Below are positions 24,075 to 33,397 of a stretch of DNA of 64,000 nucleotides, in pieces. The stretch is from contig CAYRTP010000001.1 of assembly GCA_964427175.1 (NCBI GenBank), positions 7,836-71,835 of the forward strand, written 5' to 3'. Positions within the stretch are counted from its first letter, which is position 1, and each line of letters starts with the position of its first letter. The notes beneath the pieces are model-generated. The model was not told the DNA's origin. It did not search any database and saw nothing but the letters and a program-made list of their open reading frames with translations. The translations under genes and the position numbers were made by a program. The DNA is from an uncultured Clostridium sp. (GTDB lineage Bacteria; Bacillota; Clostridia; Oscillospirales; CAG-272).

Positions 24075-25962
24075 AGAAAAAGCCCCCGCGAAGGGGATAA
24101 CCAAAAGCAAGCCCATAGGGAAGGATCAGATCGAGAAAGCCCGCGCCAAGCTGGACCAATTCAAGTCGGCAAAGCAGGGATTGAACGCCACCATCAAGTT
24201 CAACGAGGACTGGTATCGCCAACGCCACATGGAATACGTCCGCACCACCGAGCGGCTCAGCACCTCCGACATGGAGGGCGACACCATCCCCCAGTACAAG
24301 CAGGGAGAGAAGGTGGAGCCGGTCTCTGCCTGGTTGTTTAACAGCGTGCAGAATTTCCACGCGGACTACATGGACAACTTCCCCCGCGCCAACGTCTTGG
24401 CCCGCGAGCCATCCGACGAGGAAGAGGCCTATAAGATCACCAAGATCCTCCCCTCGCTCATGGATCGCATCAATTTCGAGGCTGTCTACAGCCGGGCGGG
24501 CTGGACCAAAGCCATCCAGGGCTGGACGGTCTACTCGGTGACCTGGGCCAAGGACTCCAACAACGGGCGCGGAGAGATCAACATCGGCCGAGTCAAGCTC
24601 CTGAACCTGTATTGGGACATGGAGGTGGACGAGCTGGAGGCCTCCTCTGACGTGTTCTACCTCCACGAGCGGGACCGCGATGACCTGATCCGCGACTATC
24701 CCGACCTGGAAAAGGACCTGGTGGCCACCGAGGGCGACCATGAACGCCACGAGACCGTCACCGTGGGAAGCCAGCCCAGCAAGGTCACCGTGGTGGACTG
24801 GTACTACAAGAAGCGCACCAAGAGCGGTCGCCGAGTCCTCCACTTTGCCCAGTTCGTCGGCGAGCATCTGCTGTACGCCACCGAGAATCAGCCATCCCTC
24901 AAGGGCCGCGGCCTGTACGATCACGGCAAATACCCCTTTGTGGTGGACGTGCTCTACCCCATGGAGGATGCACTGTACGGCTTTGGTAAGATCGCCGTCG
25001 GAGCCTCCAAGCAGGCCTATATCGACATCCTGTCCAAGTCCATCATGCAGAACGCTCTGTGGGCCGCGACCCCCCGATTTTTCGCCAAAAAAGGCCACGG
25101 CTTCAACATGGCGGACTTTCTGGACCTTAGAAAGACCGTGGTTGAGGTAGAGGGCGATCCCAACGAATACCTCATGCCCGTCCACGTCAATAACATCGAC
25201 GGGAACGCCATTACCCTGAAGAATGACCTGGTGGAGGAGTTACGAAACGTCACCAATTCCAACGAGGCGGCCACCGGTGCGACACCGGGCGGAGTAACCG
25301 CCGCCTCGGGCATTGCGGCTCTCCAAGAGGCGGCAGGCAAGACCGCCCGCGACTCCAACCGTACCTCCTTCCGCGCCTTCCGCGAGATCGTGACGCTGGT
25401 GATCGAGCTGATTCGCCAGTTTTACACCGAGGAGCACTACTTCCGCGTCCTCAACGAGGAGACGGGAGAGACGGCTTATATCGGCATTGATAACAGAAAC
25501 CTGGCAGGTCAGAGCGGTGCGCTCTTTGATCTGGAAATCACCACCGAGAAAAATTCCACCTACACCCGTCTTGCCCAAAACGAGCTCATGTTGTCCTTCT
25601 TCAACGCAGGATTCTTCAACCCGCAGATGGCCGACCAGGCTATGGCCTGCCTCCAGATGATGGATTTCGAAGGCAAGGAGGAGCTCATCCGCATGGTTGG
25701 AGCCAATGACCAGCGTCAGCAGCTCATCGCCGCCGTCATGGAGCAGATGATCGTCATGGCTCAGGCCTACGACGAGCTCGCCGCATCGGCGGGGATCCCG
25801 TCCAACGAGACTGCCAACGTCACCGCTATGGCCGAGCAGGTGCTGGGCGCAAGCGCGGCGGGCGGAGGCATGACGGGAGCCGCCGTGCCCGACGTAAGCT
25901 CCGAGCCGTCTTACACAAAGAACGCAAGAGAGGAGGCGGCCTCCGTGGCCTCGCCGGGATGA
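24067..25962 (+). CDS. Portal protein
   Basis: 631 aa directly after terL with an overlapping start. Size and position only. Confidence 0.75.
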   Translation: MDKEKAPAKGITKSKPIGKDQIEKARAKLDQFKSAKQGLNATIKFNEDWYRQRHMEYVRTTERLSTSDMEGDTIPQYKQGEKVEPVSAWLFNSVQNFHADYMDNFPRANVLAREPSDEEEAYKITKILPSLMDRINFEAVYSRAGWTKAIQGWTVYSVTWAKDSNNGRGEINIGRVKLLNLYWDMEVDELEASSDVFYLHERDRDDLIRDYPDLEKDLVATEGDHERHETVTVGSQPSKVTVVDWYYKKRTKSGRRVLHFAQFVGEHLLYATENQPSLKGRGLYDHGKYPFVVDVLYPMEDALYGFGKIAVGASKQAYIDILSKSIMQNALWAATPRFFAKKGHGFNMADFLDLRKTVVEVEGDPNEYLMPVHVNNIDGNAITLKNDLVEELRNVTNSNEAATGATPGGVTAASGIAALQEAAGKTARDSNRTSFRAFREIVTLVIELIRQFYTEEHYFRVLNEETGETAYIGIDNRNLAGQSGALFDLEITTEKNSTYTRLAQNELMLSFFNAGFFNPQMADQAMACLQMMDFEGKEELIRMVGANDQRQQLIAAVMEQMIVMAQAYDELAASAGIPSNETANVTAMAEQVLGASAAGGGMTGAAVPDVSSEPSYTKNAREEAASVASPG

Positions 25963-26309
25963 TTACGATTTACATCACCAAGGACCCTGAGAATCTGTTT
26001 GTGCAGGTGACCGCAGACGGTCACGCACGCACAGCCCCGCGAGGTCAGGATCCCGTATGCGCCGCTGTATCCGTCCTGCTCTATGGCTTTGCCGAGGAGA
26101 TCGGGCGGCTTGACGCAGAAAAAATAAAAGGCAGAGCGGTGGTAATGGGACAGCAGCCGGGTCGCGGCGCTATCTCCGTAAAGTGCGCTGATGAGCGCAC
26201 CTACCGTCGAGTCCTGTATAACCTCGCACCGATGGAGAGAGCAATCGAGATGCTCTCAGAAAAAAATCCGTCGGAAGTATATGTAAAAACCACGAGCCTG
26301 TCGCCGTAA
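25959..26309 (+). CDS. prp: Prp-like cysteine protease (ribosomal-processing protease family)
   Basis: 116 aa. GHA...QDPVCAAVSVLL matches the Prp His/Cys signature. Confidence 0.75.
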   Translation: MITIYITKDPENLFVQVTADGHARTAPRGQDPVCAAVSVLLYGFAEEIGRLDAEKIKGRAVVMGQQPGRGAISVKCADERTYRRVLYNLAPMERAIEMLSEKNPSEVYVKTTSLSP

Positions 26310-26384
26310 GGCGATGCTATACGGACGACTCACGACACGAGTCAAATTCGGAGGCCCACGATACGGGCAGAAAGGAGGAGCTAT

Positions 26385-27239
26385 ATGCACCTCAACAATA
26401 CGTGTGAGCAGAAGAACCTGCTCCGACTCTACTTGCAGTTCTTCGCGGAGGGGAGCGGCGACGGAGGCGGCGCGGGCACAGACGCATCGGGAGGCACCGA
26501 GGCCGCACCCGCGGGTGACGGAACCGAAGCCGCTACCGACACACAGCAGAGCACGGAGACCAAGACCTACACCCCCGAGGAGGTAGCCGCGGTGGCCAAG
26601 CAGGCCCACCTCGTGCCTCACAACGCCATCAAGGAGCGGTACAAGTCCACGTTTGCGAACGCCGACAAGTACAACGCCATGAAGGAGCACATGGGGGCTG
26701 TAGCCGAGCGGTACGGCGTATCCCTGGACGACCCCGAGGGGCTCGCCAAGGCGATCATGAACGATACCGCCCTGGTGCAGGCCAAGGCCGCCGAGCTGGG
26801 AGTCAGCGAGGATGTGGCCAAGTCGGTCGTAGAGGCCGAAGCAACCAACGCCATCAACCGCACAAAAGAGGCCGAGCGGGTACGCCGCGAGGAGTTCGAG
26901 CGCATGAGCCGCGAGGAGGAGGACCTCAAAAAGGTCTATCCGTCCTTTGATTTCGGCAAAGCCTCCGAGAATCCCTCGTTTAAGCTGCTCGTTGACAACG
27001 GCCACTCCATGCGCGACGCATATGAGATGTCCCACCACGCCGAGCTCACCCAGGCGGCGATCAGCGCGGCTGTAGAGCGTGCCAAGGCCGAGGCCCTGGC
27101 CGAGTACCGCAGTAACGCAGAGAGACCGACAGAGGGGGCCGCAAGTCATAACACAGGTAACTCTCCCACCAACGTGTCCGAGCTCCACGGAGCCGCCCTG
27201 GATGCGTTCCTGGAGAGCTTCCCGAGAAAACACAGATGA
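26385..27239 (+). CDS. Scaffolding protein
   Basis: 284 aa, helical and acidic, upstream of the capsid gene. N-terminal LQFFAEG Prp-type cleavage motif. Confidence 0.7.
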   Translation: MHLNNTCEQKNLLRLYLQFFAEGSGDGGGAGTDASGGTEAAPAGDGTEAATDTQQSTETKTYTPEEVAAVAKQAHLVPHNAIKERYKSTFANADKYNAMKEHMGAVAERYGVSLDDPEGLAKAIMNDTALVQAKAAELGVSEDVAKSVVEAEATNAINRTKEAERVRREEFERMSREEEDLKKVYPSFDFGKASENPSFKLLVDNGHSMRDAYEMSHHAELTQAAISAAVERAKAEALAEYRSNAERPTEGAASHNTGNSPTNVSELHGAALDAFLESFPRKHR

Positions 27240-27263
27240 TCCTCCGCAGAAAAGGAGTAAACA

Positions 27264-28367
27264 TTGAACACCAACACCATGTTCCGCGAGGGTTTTGACT
27301 ACGTAGCCATTACCTTCGACCTGCAGCTGTTCGCCGATGTCGTCGTGCCCTCCAACGCCGAGACCAACATGATGACCTCTCAGTCCACCGAGATCGACGT
27401 AGCCTTCCAGAAGGCCAATGACCAGAAGTTCCTGGAGATCCATAAAGAGGCCCTGGTCTTTGAGCAGTACGTCGGCTCGGTCAACCTGCCCGCCAACAGC
27501 GGCAACACCGTCCGTTTCCCCAAGAAGCACCGCATCACCCCCAAGAACACCCTGCTGACCGAGGGTAAGACCCCCGATCCCAACAAGATCCAGATCTCGG
27601 CTGTGACTGCCACCGTGGAGCAGCACGGTGACTACGTCATGTTCTCGGATGTTGCCCTGGGCACCTCCATCTACGATCTGATGAACCTTGCCCGCCAGGG
27701 CCAGGCCTACGAGTCCGCCGAGGTTAAGAATGCCCTGATCCGCGATGACATCCTGGCAAACGACAGCATTCAGATCGCCTACGCGGACAAGGTCGCCGCC
27801 GACGGAACCACCACCGAGGTCACCTCCATCGGTGCCATCGACAAGACCGCCAAGCTCACCGTGGAGGTCGTCCGTAAGATGGTCCGCATCCTGCGTAACA
27901 ACAACATCAAGCCCGCCGTCGGTAAGGACTACGTCATGTTCATCTCCCCCGACCAGTGGTTCGACCTCACCGCCGACCCCGCCTGGGAGGATATGCACAA
28001 GTACACCGACCCCACCCCCATGCTGGACGGCGAGATCGGCCGCATCAGCGGTATGAGATTCGTCGAGACCACCACGGTCCTGATCACCAAGGACGGCGCA
28101 TCCGAAGCGGCTGTCTACCACTCCATCGTCCTCGGTGCAGAGGCCGTGGACCAGATCAAGCTGGCCAACGGCGGTGTCAGTACCATCGCCAAGGGCCTGG
28201 GCTCCGGCGGTACCGCCGACCCTCTGAACCAGCGTGCCACCGTTGGTTGGAAGATGTTCTACGGTGCGTCCGTCAAGGATCCCCTGGCCGTCATCGAGCT
28301 CATGACCGGATCGTCCAACTCCGCCAACGCTGCGGCCACAGACCTGGTCACCAGCGATTGGGAGTAA
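27264..28367 (+). CDS. Major capsid protein
   Basis: 367 aa. TTG start after AAAGGAG. N-terminal LQLFAD motif. Position after the scaffold gene. Confidence 0.8.
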   Translation: MNTNTMFREGFDYVAITFDLQLFADVVVPSNAETNMMTSQSTEIDVAFQKANDQKFLEIHKEALVFEQYVGSVNLPANSGNTVRFPKKHRITPKNTLLTEGKTPDPNKIQISAVTATVEQHGDYVMFSDVALGTSIYDLMNLARQGQAYESAEVKNALIRDDILANDSIQIAYADKVAADGTTTEVTSIGAIDKTAKLTVEVVRKMVRILRNNNIKPAVGKDYVMFISPDQWFDLTADPAWEDMHKYTDPTPMLDGEIGRISGMRFVETTTVLITKDGASEAAVYHSIVLGAEAVDQIKLANGGVSTIAKGLGSGGTADPLNQRATVGWKMFYGASVKDPLAVIELMTGSSNSANAAATDLVTSDWE

Positions 28368-28387
28368 TCCACGAAAGGAGAACATAA

Positions 28388-28642
28388 ATGGCAAACGAGA
28401 AGTTGGTTGACATTGGATATGTCGACTTTGATATGAACGACAGCCTCAACAAGTATCTCACACTCAGCGTGAACGGTAAGACCATCATGCTGGAGCGCGG
28501 TAAAAACCACAAGGTGCCCCCCGAGTTTGCGGAGGCCTACGCGCACCGCATGAAAATGAAGGGCCGCCGTATGAGCGAACGTCGCCGCCGCGACAAGGAG
28601 GTTCGCGAGAAGCAGGACCAGGACGGCGTGAAGATTTTCTAA
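28388..28642 (+). CDS. Hypothetical head-associated protein
   Basis: 84 aa. RBS AAAGGAG. Confidence 0.55.
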   Translation: MANEKLVDIGYVDFDMNDSLNKYLTLSVNGKTIMLERGKNHKVPPEFAEAYAHRMKMKGRRMSERRRRDKEVREKQDQDGVKIF

Positions 28643-28703
28643 TCCATTCCATCATCGGGTGCAGGGCGGGGAACCGTCCTGCACTGCGCCATAAGGAGGC
28701 CCC

Positions 28704-29075
28704 ATGACCATCAACGAAGCCATAGCGCAGGTAGACCGTATGCGCGAAAATACCGTATCTCCCGACGTAAAGATCGGCTGGCTTTCTCGCGTAGATCACT
28801 ACGTGTTCGAGGAGATCATCAAGGGCCGCGAGGGCTCCGAGGGCATGACCTTTACAGACTACACCGAGGATGATGCCAACACAACCCTGCTGGTCCCTCC
28901 CCCCTACGACGAGCTGTATATCTACAAGATGGAGGCCCAGATCTTTTACGAGCAGAGAGAGATTAAAAAGTATATGAGCTCCATGGCCCTGTACAATCAG
29001 GCTATGCAGGAGTACGCAAAGAAATACGCCCGCGAGCACAGGGCCCTGCCCTTGCCGAAAACAAAATACTGGTAA
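28704..29075 (+). CDS. Hypothetical head-completion/adaptor-like protein
   Basis: 123 aa. The call rests on position only. Confidence 0.5.
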   Translation: MTINEAIAQVDRMRENTVSPDVKIGWLSRVDHYVFEEIIKGREGSEGMTFTDYTEDDANTTLLVPPPYDELYIYKMEAQIFYEQREIKKYMSSMALYNQAMQEYAKKYAREHRALPLPKTKYW

Positions 29076-29088
29076 AGGAGACCAAATT

Positions 29089-30999
29089 ATGCCGTTATAT
29101 TTGCCGCAAATCTACGAGGAGGATTCGAGCCGCAGTATGACGGCTACCTTTCTGGGCCTCAACCGAAAACTCCGCATCGGTGACGGAGAGTTTTACGATA
29201 TGGAGAACCTGACCTCCGATCACGCGCCCGTCATGTCGGTGCGCAAGCAACGGGGGATCCCTGCCTTTGCGAATGCCGTCAACCCCACCTGCATCACCAC
29301 CCGCGCGCGAGGAGCGGCGGGTACCTACGAGCCGGTATGGCTGGACGGTACCACCCTGAACATCGGCGCGGAGACGCAGATCGACCTGACCCCATACGGC
29401 TATGCAGACGACGGTACCGAGCGTCAGATGGTCAACATGGGCGCATATCTGATCATCATCCCCGACATGATCTACGTCAACACCACCAAGGATGATGATC
29501 GGGGCGTGATCGAGGATGCCGTCACCCTCACGGCGGGAACTGTCACCGCAACCGTCTGCGACTACACGGGCGAGTCCCCCACCTATTCCCAGGCATCCGC
29601 CCCCACGTCCTCTCTCAAGAACGGCGACTCCTGGCACAAGACGGGCAGTGAGCCCGCCCTGAAACGCTACGACGAGGCTGCGGGTGAGTGGTACGATATC
29701 ACATCCTACCTCAAGCTCGTAGCCAAGGACGCGGCAGGAAACGCCACCCCCATCACCATGAAAAAGCAGATTGTGGCGGGAGACTCCCTCCGCCTGAGCG
29801 GTGCCGCCATCGAGACCCAGGAGCGTCTCAAGGGCATCCGCTATATCCACGGAGTCAAGGAGTACGTAGAGGCCGACGAGACCGAGTCCAAGGCCGTCAT
29901 GGAGATGTGGATCGAGGGCATCACCAACACCGCCGCCGGTATCGTGGTCCAGCTTTCCGAGACCGCCACGGTTGTCCTGGAGCGCGTGATCCCCCGCATG
30001 GACTTTGTCTGTGAGGCGGGTAACCGCCTGTGGGGCTGTCGATACGGCGATGACGGCCAGGGGAACTTTGTCAATGAGATCTACTGCTCCGCCCGCGGAG
30101 ACTTTTACCGCTGGATCTCGGGAGCCGCAGATAACGATGACGCACCCGTGACGTTCTCCATCGGTACAGACGGAGCCTGGACGGGAGCGGTAAACTATGA
30201 CGGATATCCCACCTTCTTCAAGGAGCGTTTCATGCACCGCGTGGGCGGCTACGGCGCGTCGGGATTTTCAATCTATGACACCCCCTGCATGGGAGTCGCG
30301 CGCGGAGCCCATAGGTCCTTGGCCGTGGTTGGCACGGTGCTCTACTACAAGTCCGCCTCGGCCGTCATGGGTTTTGACGGCTCCACCCCCGTCCCCGTAT
30401 CCGACGCGGTAGGCCGCCTGGCAGGCTACACGGGAGCGGTCGGCGCAGCCTGCGGCGCGAAATACTATTTGTCGCTCTGGAAAGCCACCGAAAAGGGAAC
30501 CACCGACCGCCATCTCTACGTGCTGGACACCGGAAAGGGCCTGTGGCACAGGGAAGACGCTACCGAGTGCGAGAGCATGGCTCCCGCGGGTGACAATATG
30601 TACTTTATCGCCGTCAATCGAGAAGGGGAAACCGAAACCCACACCATCATGACCGTGGAGCCCACCGAGGACACGACCCCCGAGGAGATCGAGGACAGCC
30701 GCATCCAATGGTATGCCGAGAGCGGCATCATCGGCCTGGAGACACCCGATGCCAAGTACATGACCCGCCTGGCCATCCGCCTACGCATGGATGCGGGCGC
30801 ATCGGTGCGTCTGTCGGTGCAGTACGATTCGATCGGCCCCTGGCGGCACGTGGTCGGGACAGAAACGTCCATCATGAAGACCGTGACCGTTCCCGTGGTC
30901 CCGGCCAGATGCGATCACCTCCGAATCAGGCTGGACGGCGCGGGCGGATGCCAGGTGTTTTCAATCACCAAAACCTTTGAGAGAGCGGAGGACCTGTAA
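29089..30999 (+). CDS. Virion structural protein (636 aa)
   Basis: Long ORF with RBS AAAGGAG in the structural block. No motif recognised. Confidence 0.6.
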   Translation: MPLYLPQIYEEDSSRSMTATFLGLNRKLRIGDGEFYDMENLTSDHAPVMSVRKQRGIPAFANAVNPTCITTRARGAAGTYEPVWLDGTTLNIGAETQIDLTPYGYADDGTERQMVNMGAYLIIIPDMIYVNTTKDDDRGVIEDAVTLTAGTVTATVCDYTGESPTYSQASAPTSSLKNGDSWHKTGSEPALKRYDEAAGEWYDITSYLKLVAKDAAGNATPITMKKQIVAGDSLRLSGAAIETQERLKGIRYIHGVKEYVEADETESKAVMEMWIEGITNTAAGIVVQLSETATVVLERVIPRMDFVCEAGNRLWGCRYGDDGQGNFVNEIYCSARGDFYRWISGAADNDDAPVTFSIGTDGAWTGAVNYDGYPTFFKERFMHRVGGYGASGFSIYDTPCMGVARGAHRSLAVVGTVLYYKSASAVMGFDGSTPVPVSDAVGRLAGYTGAVGAACGAKYYLSLWKATEKGTTDRHLYVLDTGKGLWHREDATECESMAPAGDNMYFIAVNREGETETHTIMTVEPTEDTTPEEIEDSRIQWYAESGIIGLETPDAKYMTRLAIRLRMDAGASVRLSVQYDSIGPWRHVVGTETSIMKTVTVPVVPARCDHLRIRLDGAGGCQVFSITKTFERAEDL

Positions 31000-31169
31000 T
31001 GAGTGCCAAAATACCCCCGAACATCCCGCCCAGCGGTGACCGCCTGGACGCAAAATACGAGACCCTGCGCAAAAACTACAACCAGCTGATCGCCGTTGTA
31101 GAACAGCAGGCCCGCGAAATCGAAAATCTGAAGAAAGAAAGGAGGACCTCAAATGACAGGGCAAAATAA
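30999..31169 (+). CDS. Hypothetical 56-aa coiled-coil protein (not in the ORF track)
   Basis: MSAKIPPNIPPSGDRLDAKYETLRKNYNQLIAVVEQQAREIENLKKERRTSNDRAK. TAATG overlap with the upstream stop. Confidence 0.4.
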   Translation: MSAKIPPNIPPSGDRLDAKYETLRKNYNQLIAVVEQQAREIENLKKERRTSNDRAK

Positions 31170-33387
31170 GAAACTCTACAGTGTTGCAGACTATATTAGT
31201 GACAAGAAAAAGAAAAAACAGGAAGAACTGATCGGGACCGCGACCCAAACGCCCAATCAACTGACGGGAACAGTGATCTATAACGGCCTGTCTAATCCAA
31301 AAGACATATTGGCGGAACAGAAATCCGCCCAACAGCCGACAACAAGCACGCCTGAGTCTGTCGATCCTGCGTCTCCTGTGCAAACAACCACCGTAGAAAC
31401 CCCGAAAAAGACCACAACCGTAACGACAACCACCGCAGCCTCCCCCCAGCCCACCGGCGTAGACCAAGTAACCGCCAACGCCAACGTCACCAAGCCCCTG
31501 ACCCAGGTGGATATCGCCCGCACCCAAATGGAGCAGGCCCGTCAAAAGGTCTATGACGTACTCAACACCAAGTTCCAATATAACGCCAAAGCCAGCCCCC
31601 TTTATACCATCCTGGACCGCCAGTATGAGGAGCAGGCCCGCAAGGCCGCGGGAGAGGCTTACGCCCGTTCTACGGCAAATACAGGCGGATACGGGTCCTC
31701 CTACGCGACCAACACCGCATCCGAAGCCAGACGGCAGGTGATGCAAGGCTTTAACGATCAGCAGTACGACCTGTATCAGGCGGCCCGCGATGAGTTTTTG
31801 GCCGAAAGAGAGTCCACTGTCGAATGGTACAACATGACCAAGCAGATGTACAGCGACGTGCAGGACGAGGAGCTCATGAGTGCCTACGAGTCCGCCTACG
31901 GTGTTTGGGACGGAAGCAACGAGGACGCGGTCCGTACCGCCCTCACCGAACAAGGCGTGTCCGCCACCAACATCAACAAGATCATGACCGCCCTCAAGCA
32001 GGAGAAGCTCACCAACTTGCAGACAGACTACAACATATCCGAGTATGAGGACGAGGCCGCGTATAAGTCGGTATATAGGACTGCCTCTGCGCTGTGGACC
32101 GGCGACAACGAGTCCGAGGTCCGAACGGCTCTGCTGGCTGAGGGCGTGGATGCGGCCACCGTTAACAGCATTATAAGAGACCTCAAGACGGGCACCCTCA
32201 GCGATATGACTCTGGACGATGAGCTGACGGCCGTCAGAGAGAGCCGTGAGTACAAGACGGCCATGGATGCTGCCCGAGCCGTATGGGCTAAGGATCAAAG
32301 CGAGGAGGCTGTCAGAGCTGCGCTGAGCGGTTACTCGGCCACCGTCGTGGACGACATCGTGGCAAGCCTCAAGCAGGAGCGGTTGACCGATATGCAGGTA
32401 GATGTCGCCATCAAGGAGCTGGAGCGCACCGAGTCGGGTGAGCTGAGCGAGGAGGCCAAGCAGGAGCTGTACGACAGTGCCGCCGAGATCTACACGGGCC
32501 AGAACCAGCAGCAGGTAGCAGCCATGCTGGAGAGAGCCGGAGCAACCCCCGAGGAGGCCGCCAAGATTGTGAAAGACCTCGACACGGTAGCAAAGGCAGG
32601 GCTTTTGGATGTGGTCAATAACGTCACAGATATCGCCTCGGCTGTGGATGCAAAGGATCAGTTGGATACGGCTCGTCGGAATCATATCATTGACGTGGCT
32701 GTGTATGACGAGCAGATCAAGATCATCAGCGGCAAGATCATGTCGGGCATCAACGAGAACCTCAACGATCTGGAATCCATCGACTACGAGGGCCTGGGTA
32801 TTTCCGAGGACGAGTGGAGTAATATGGATGACGTCGATAAGAAGCTGGCCGTCTTTGATGCCGTTGGACAAATGGCGCAGGAGGGCGTGGTCACTCGCTC
32901 CGATTACTACAAGATGTTGTATAACGACACCAAGGAGTTTTTCGAGAGTAAGGACTATACAAAGAGCAAAACTCCCACACGGGATGCTGTAGACCGGGCT
33001 ATTGTTATCCAGGATCTGTATGACTCTGGAAATCTGCCCGAGGATGACTACAAGAGCCTGCTCTATAATGTTATTGCTCCAAAAATAGAAGAAACAACAC
33101 TGTTTAAGAGCCTTATAAAAGGAGTCAAAGCCGTAGATGAATGGGGAGGATTTGACGGCGATTGGATGGATAATAATATGGCGTGGAGTCAAATTAGAGA
33201 GGTGGTCTTGCAAGGCGGGTCGAGCGATGACAGACAATGGGCGCAAATGTCTGATGATCAAAAGGAAATGGCGGTTATTATTGCAAGACACATCGCCAAT
33301 AGAGGAGAAAGTACCACCAACAAGCCGACAACTCCCAACCCGAGTCTTGCAAGCTCTCCCACGACCAGAACGACCCTTGATTCGTAA
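31153..33387 (+). CDS. Virion protein with four ~55-aa internal repeats (744 aa)
   Basis: Repeat consensus W.G.NE..VR.AL...GV.A..-N.I...LK...L spans about 31880-32590. Confidence 0.65.
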   Translation: MTGQNKKLYSVADYISDKKKKKQEELIGTATQTPNQLTGTVIYNGLSNPKDILAEQKSAQQPTTSTPESVDPASPVQTTTVETPKKTTTVTTTTAASPQPTGVDQVTANANVTKPLTQVDIARTQMEQARQKVYDVLNTKFQYNAKASPLYTILDRQYEEQARKAAGEAYARSTANTGGYGSSYATNTASEARRQVMQGFNDQQYDLYQAARDEFLAERESTVEWYNMTKQMYSDVQDEELMSAYESAYGVWDGSNEDAVRTALTEQGVSATNINKIMTALKQEKLTNLQTDYNISEYEDEAAYKSVYRTASALWTGDNESEVRTALLAEGVDAATVNSIIRDLKTGTLSDMTLDDELTAVRESREYKTAMDAARAVWAKDQSEEAVRAALSGYSATVVDDIVASLKQERLTDMQVDVAIKELERTESGELSEEAKQELYDSAAEIYTGQNQQQVAAMLERAGATPEEAAKIVKDLDTVAKAGLLDVVNNVTDIASAVDAKDQLDTARRNHIIDVAVYDEQIKIISGKIMSGINENLNDLESIDYEGLGISEDEWSNMDDVDKKLAVFDAVGQMAQEGVVTRSDYYKMLYNDTKEFFESKDYTKSKTPTRDAVDRAIVIQDLYDSGNLPEDDYKSLLYNVIAPKIEETTLFKSLIKGVKAVDEWGGFDGDWMDNNMAWSQIREVVLQGGSSDDRQWAQMSDDQKEMAVIIARHIANRGESTTNKPTTPNPSLASSPTTRTTLDS

Positions 33388-33397
33388 GGAGTAAGAC

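Noticed and set aside
26256-28394. 712-aa ORF on the minus strand across the scaffold and capsid genes
   Set aside because: It is antisense to well-supported structural genes. Its G/V/L/D/H-rich monotone composition is typical of shadow ORFs in high-GC DNA. It has no RBS or motif.
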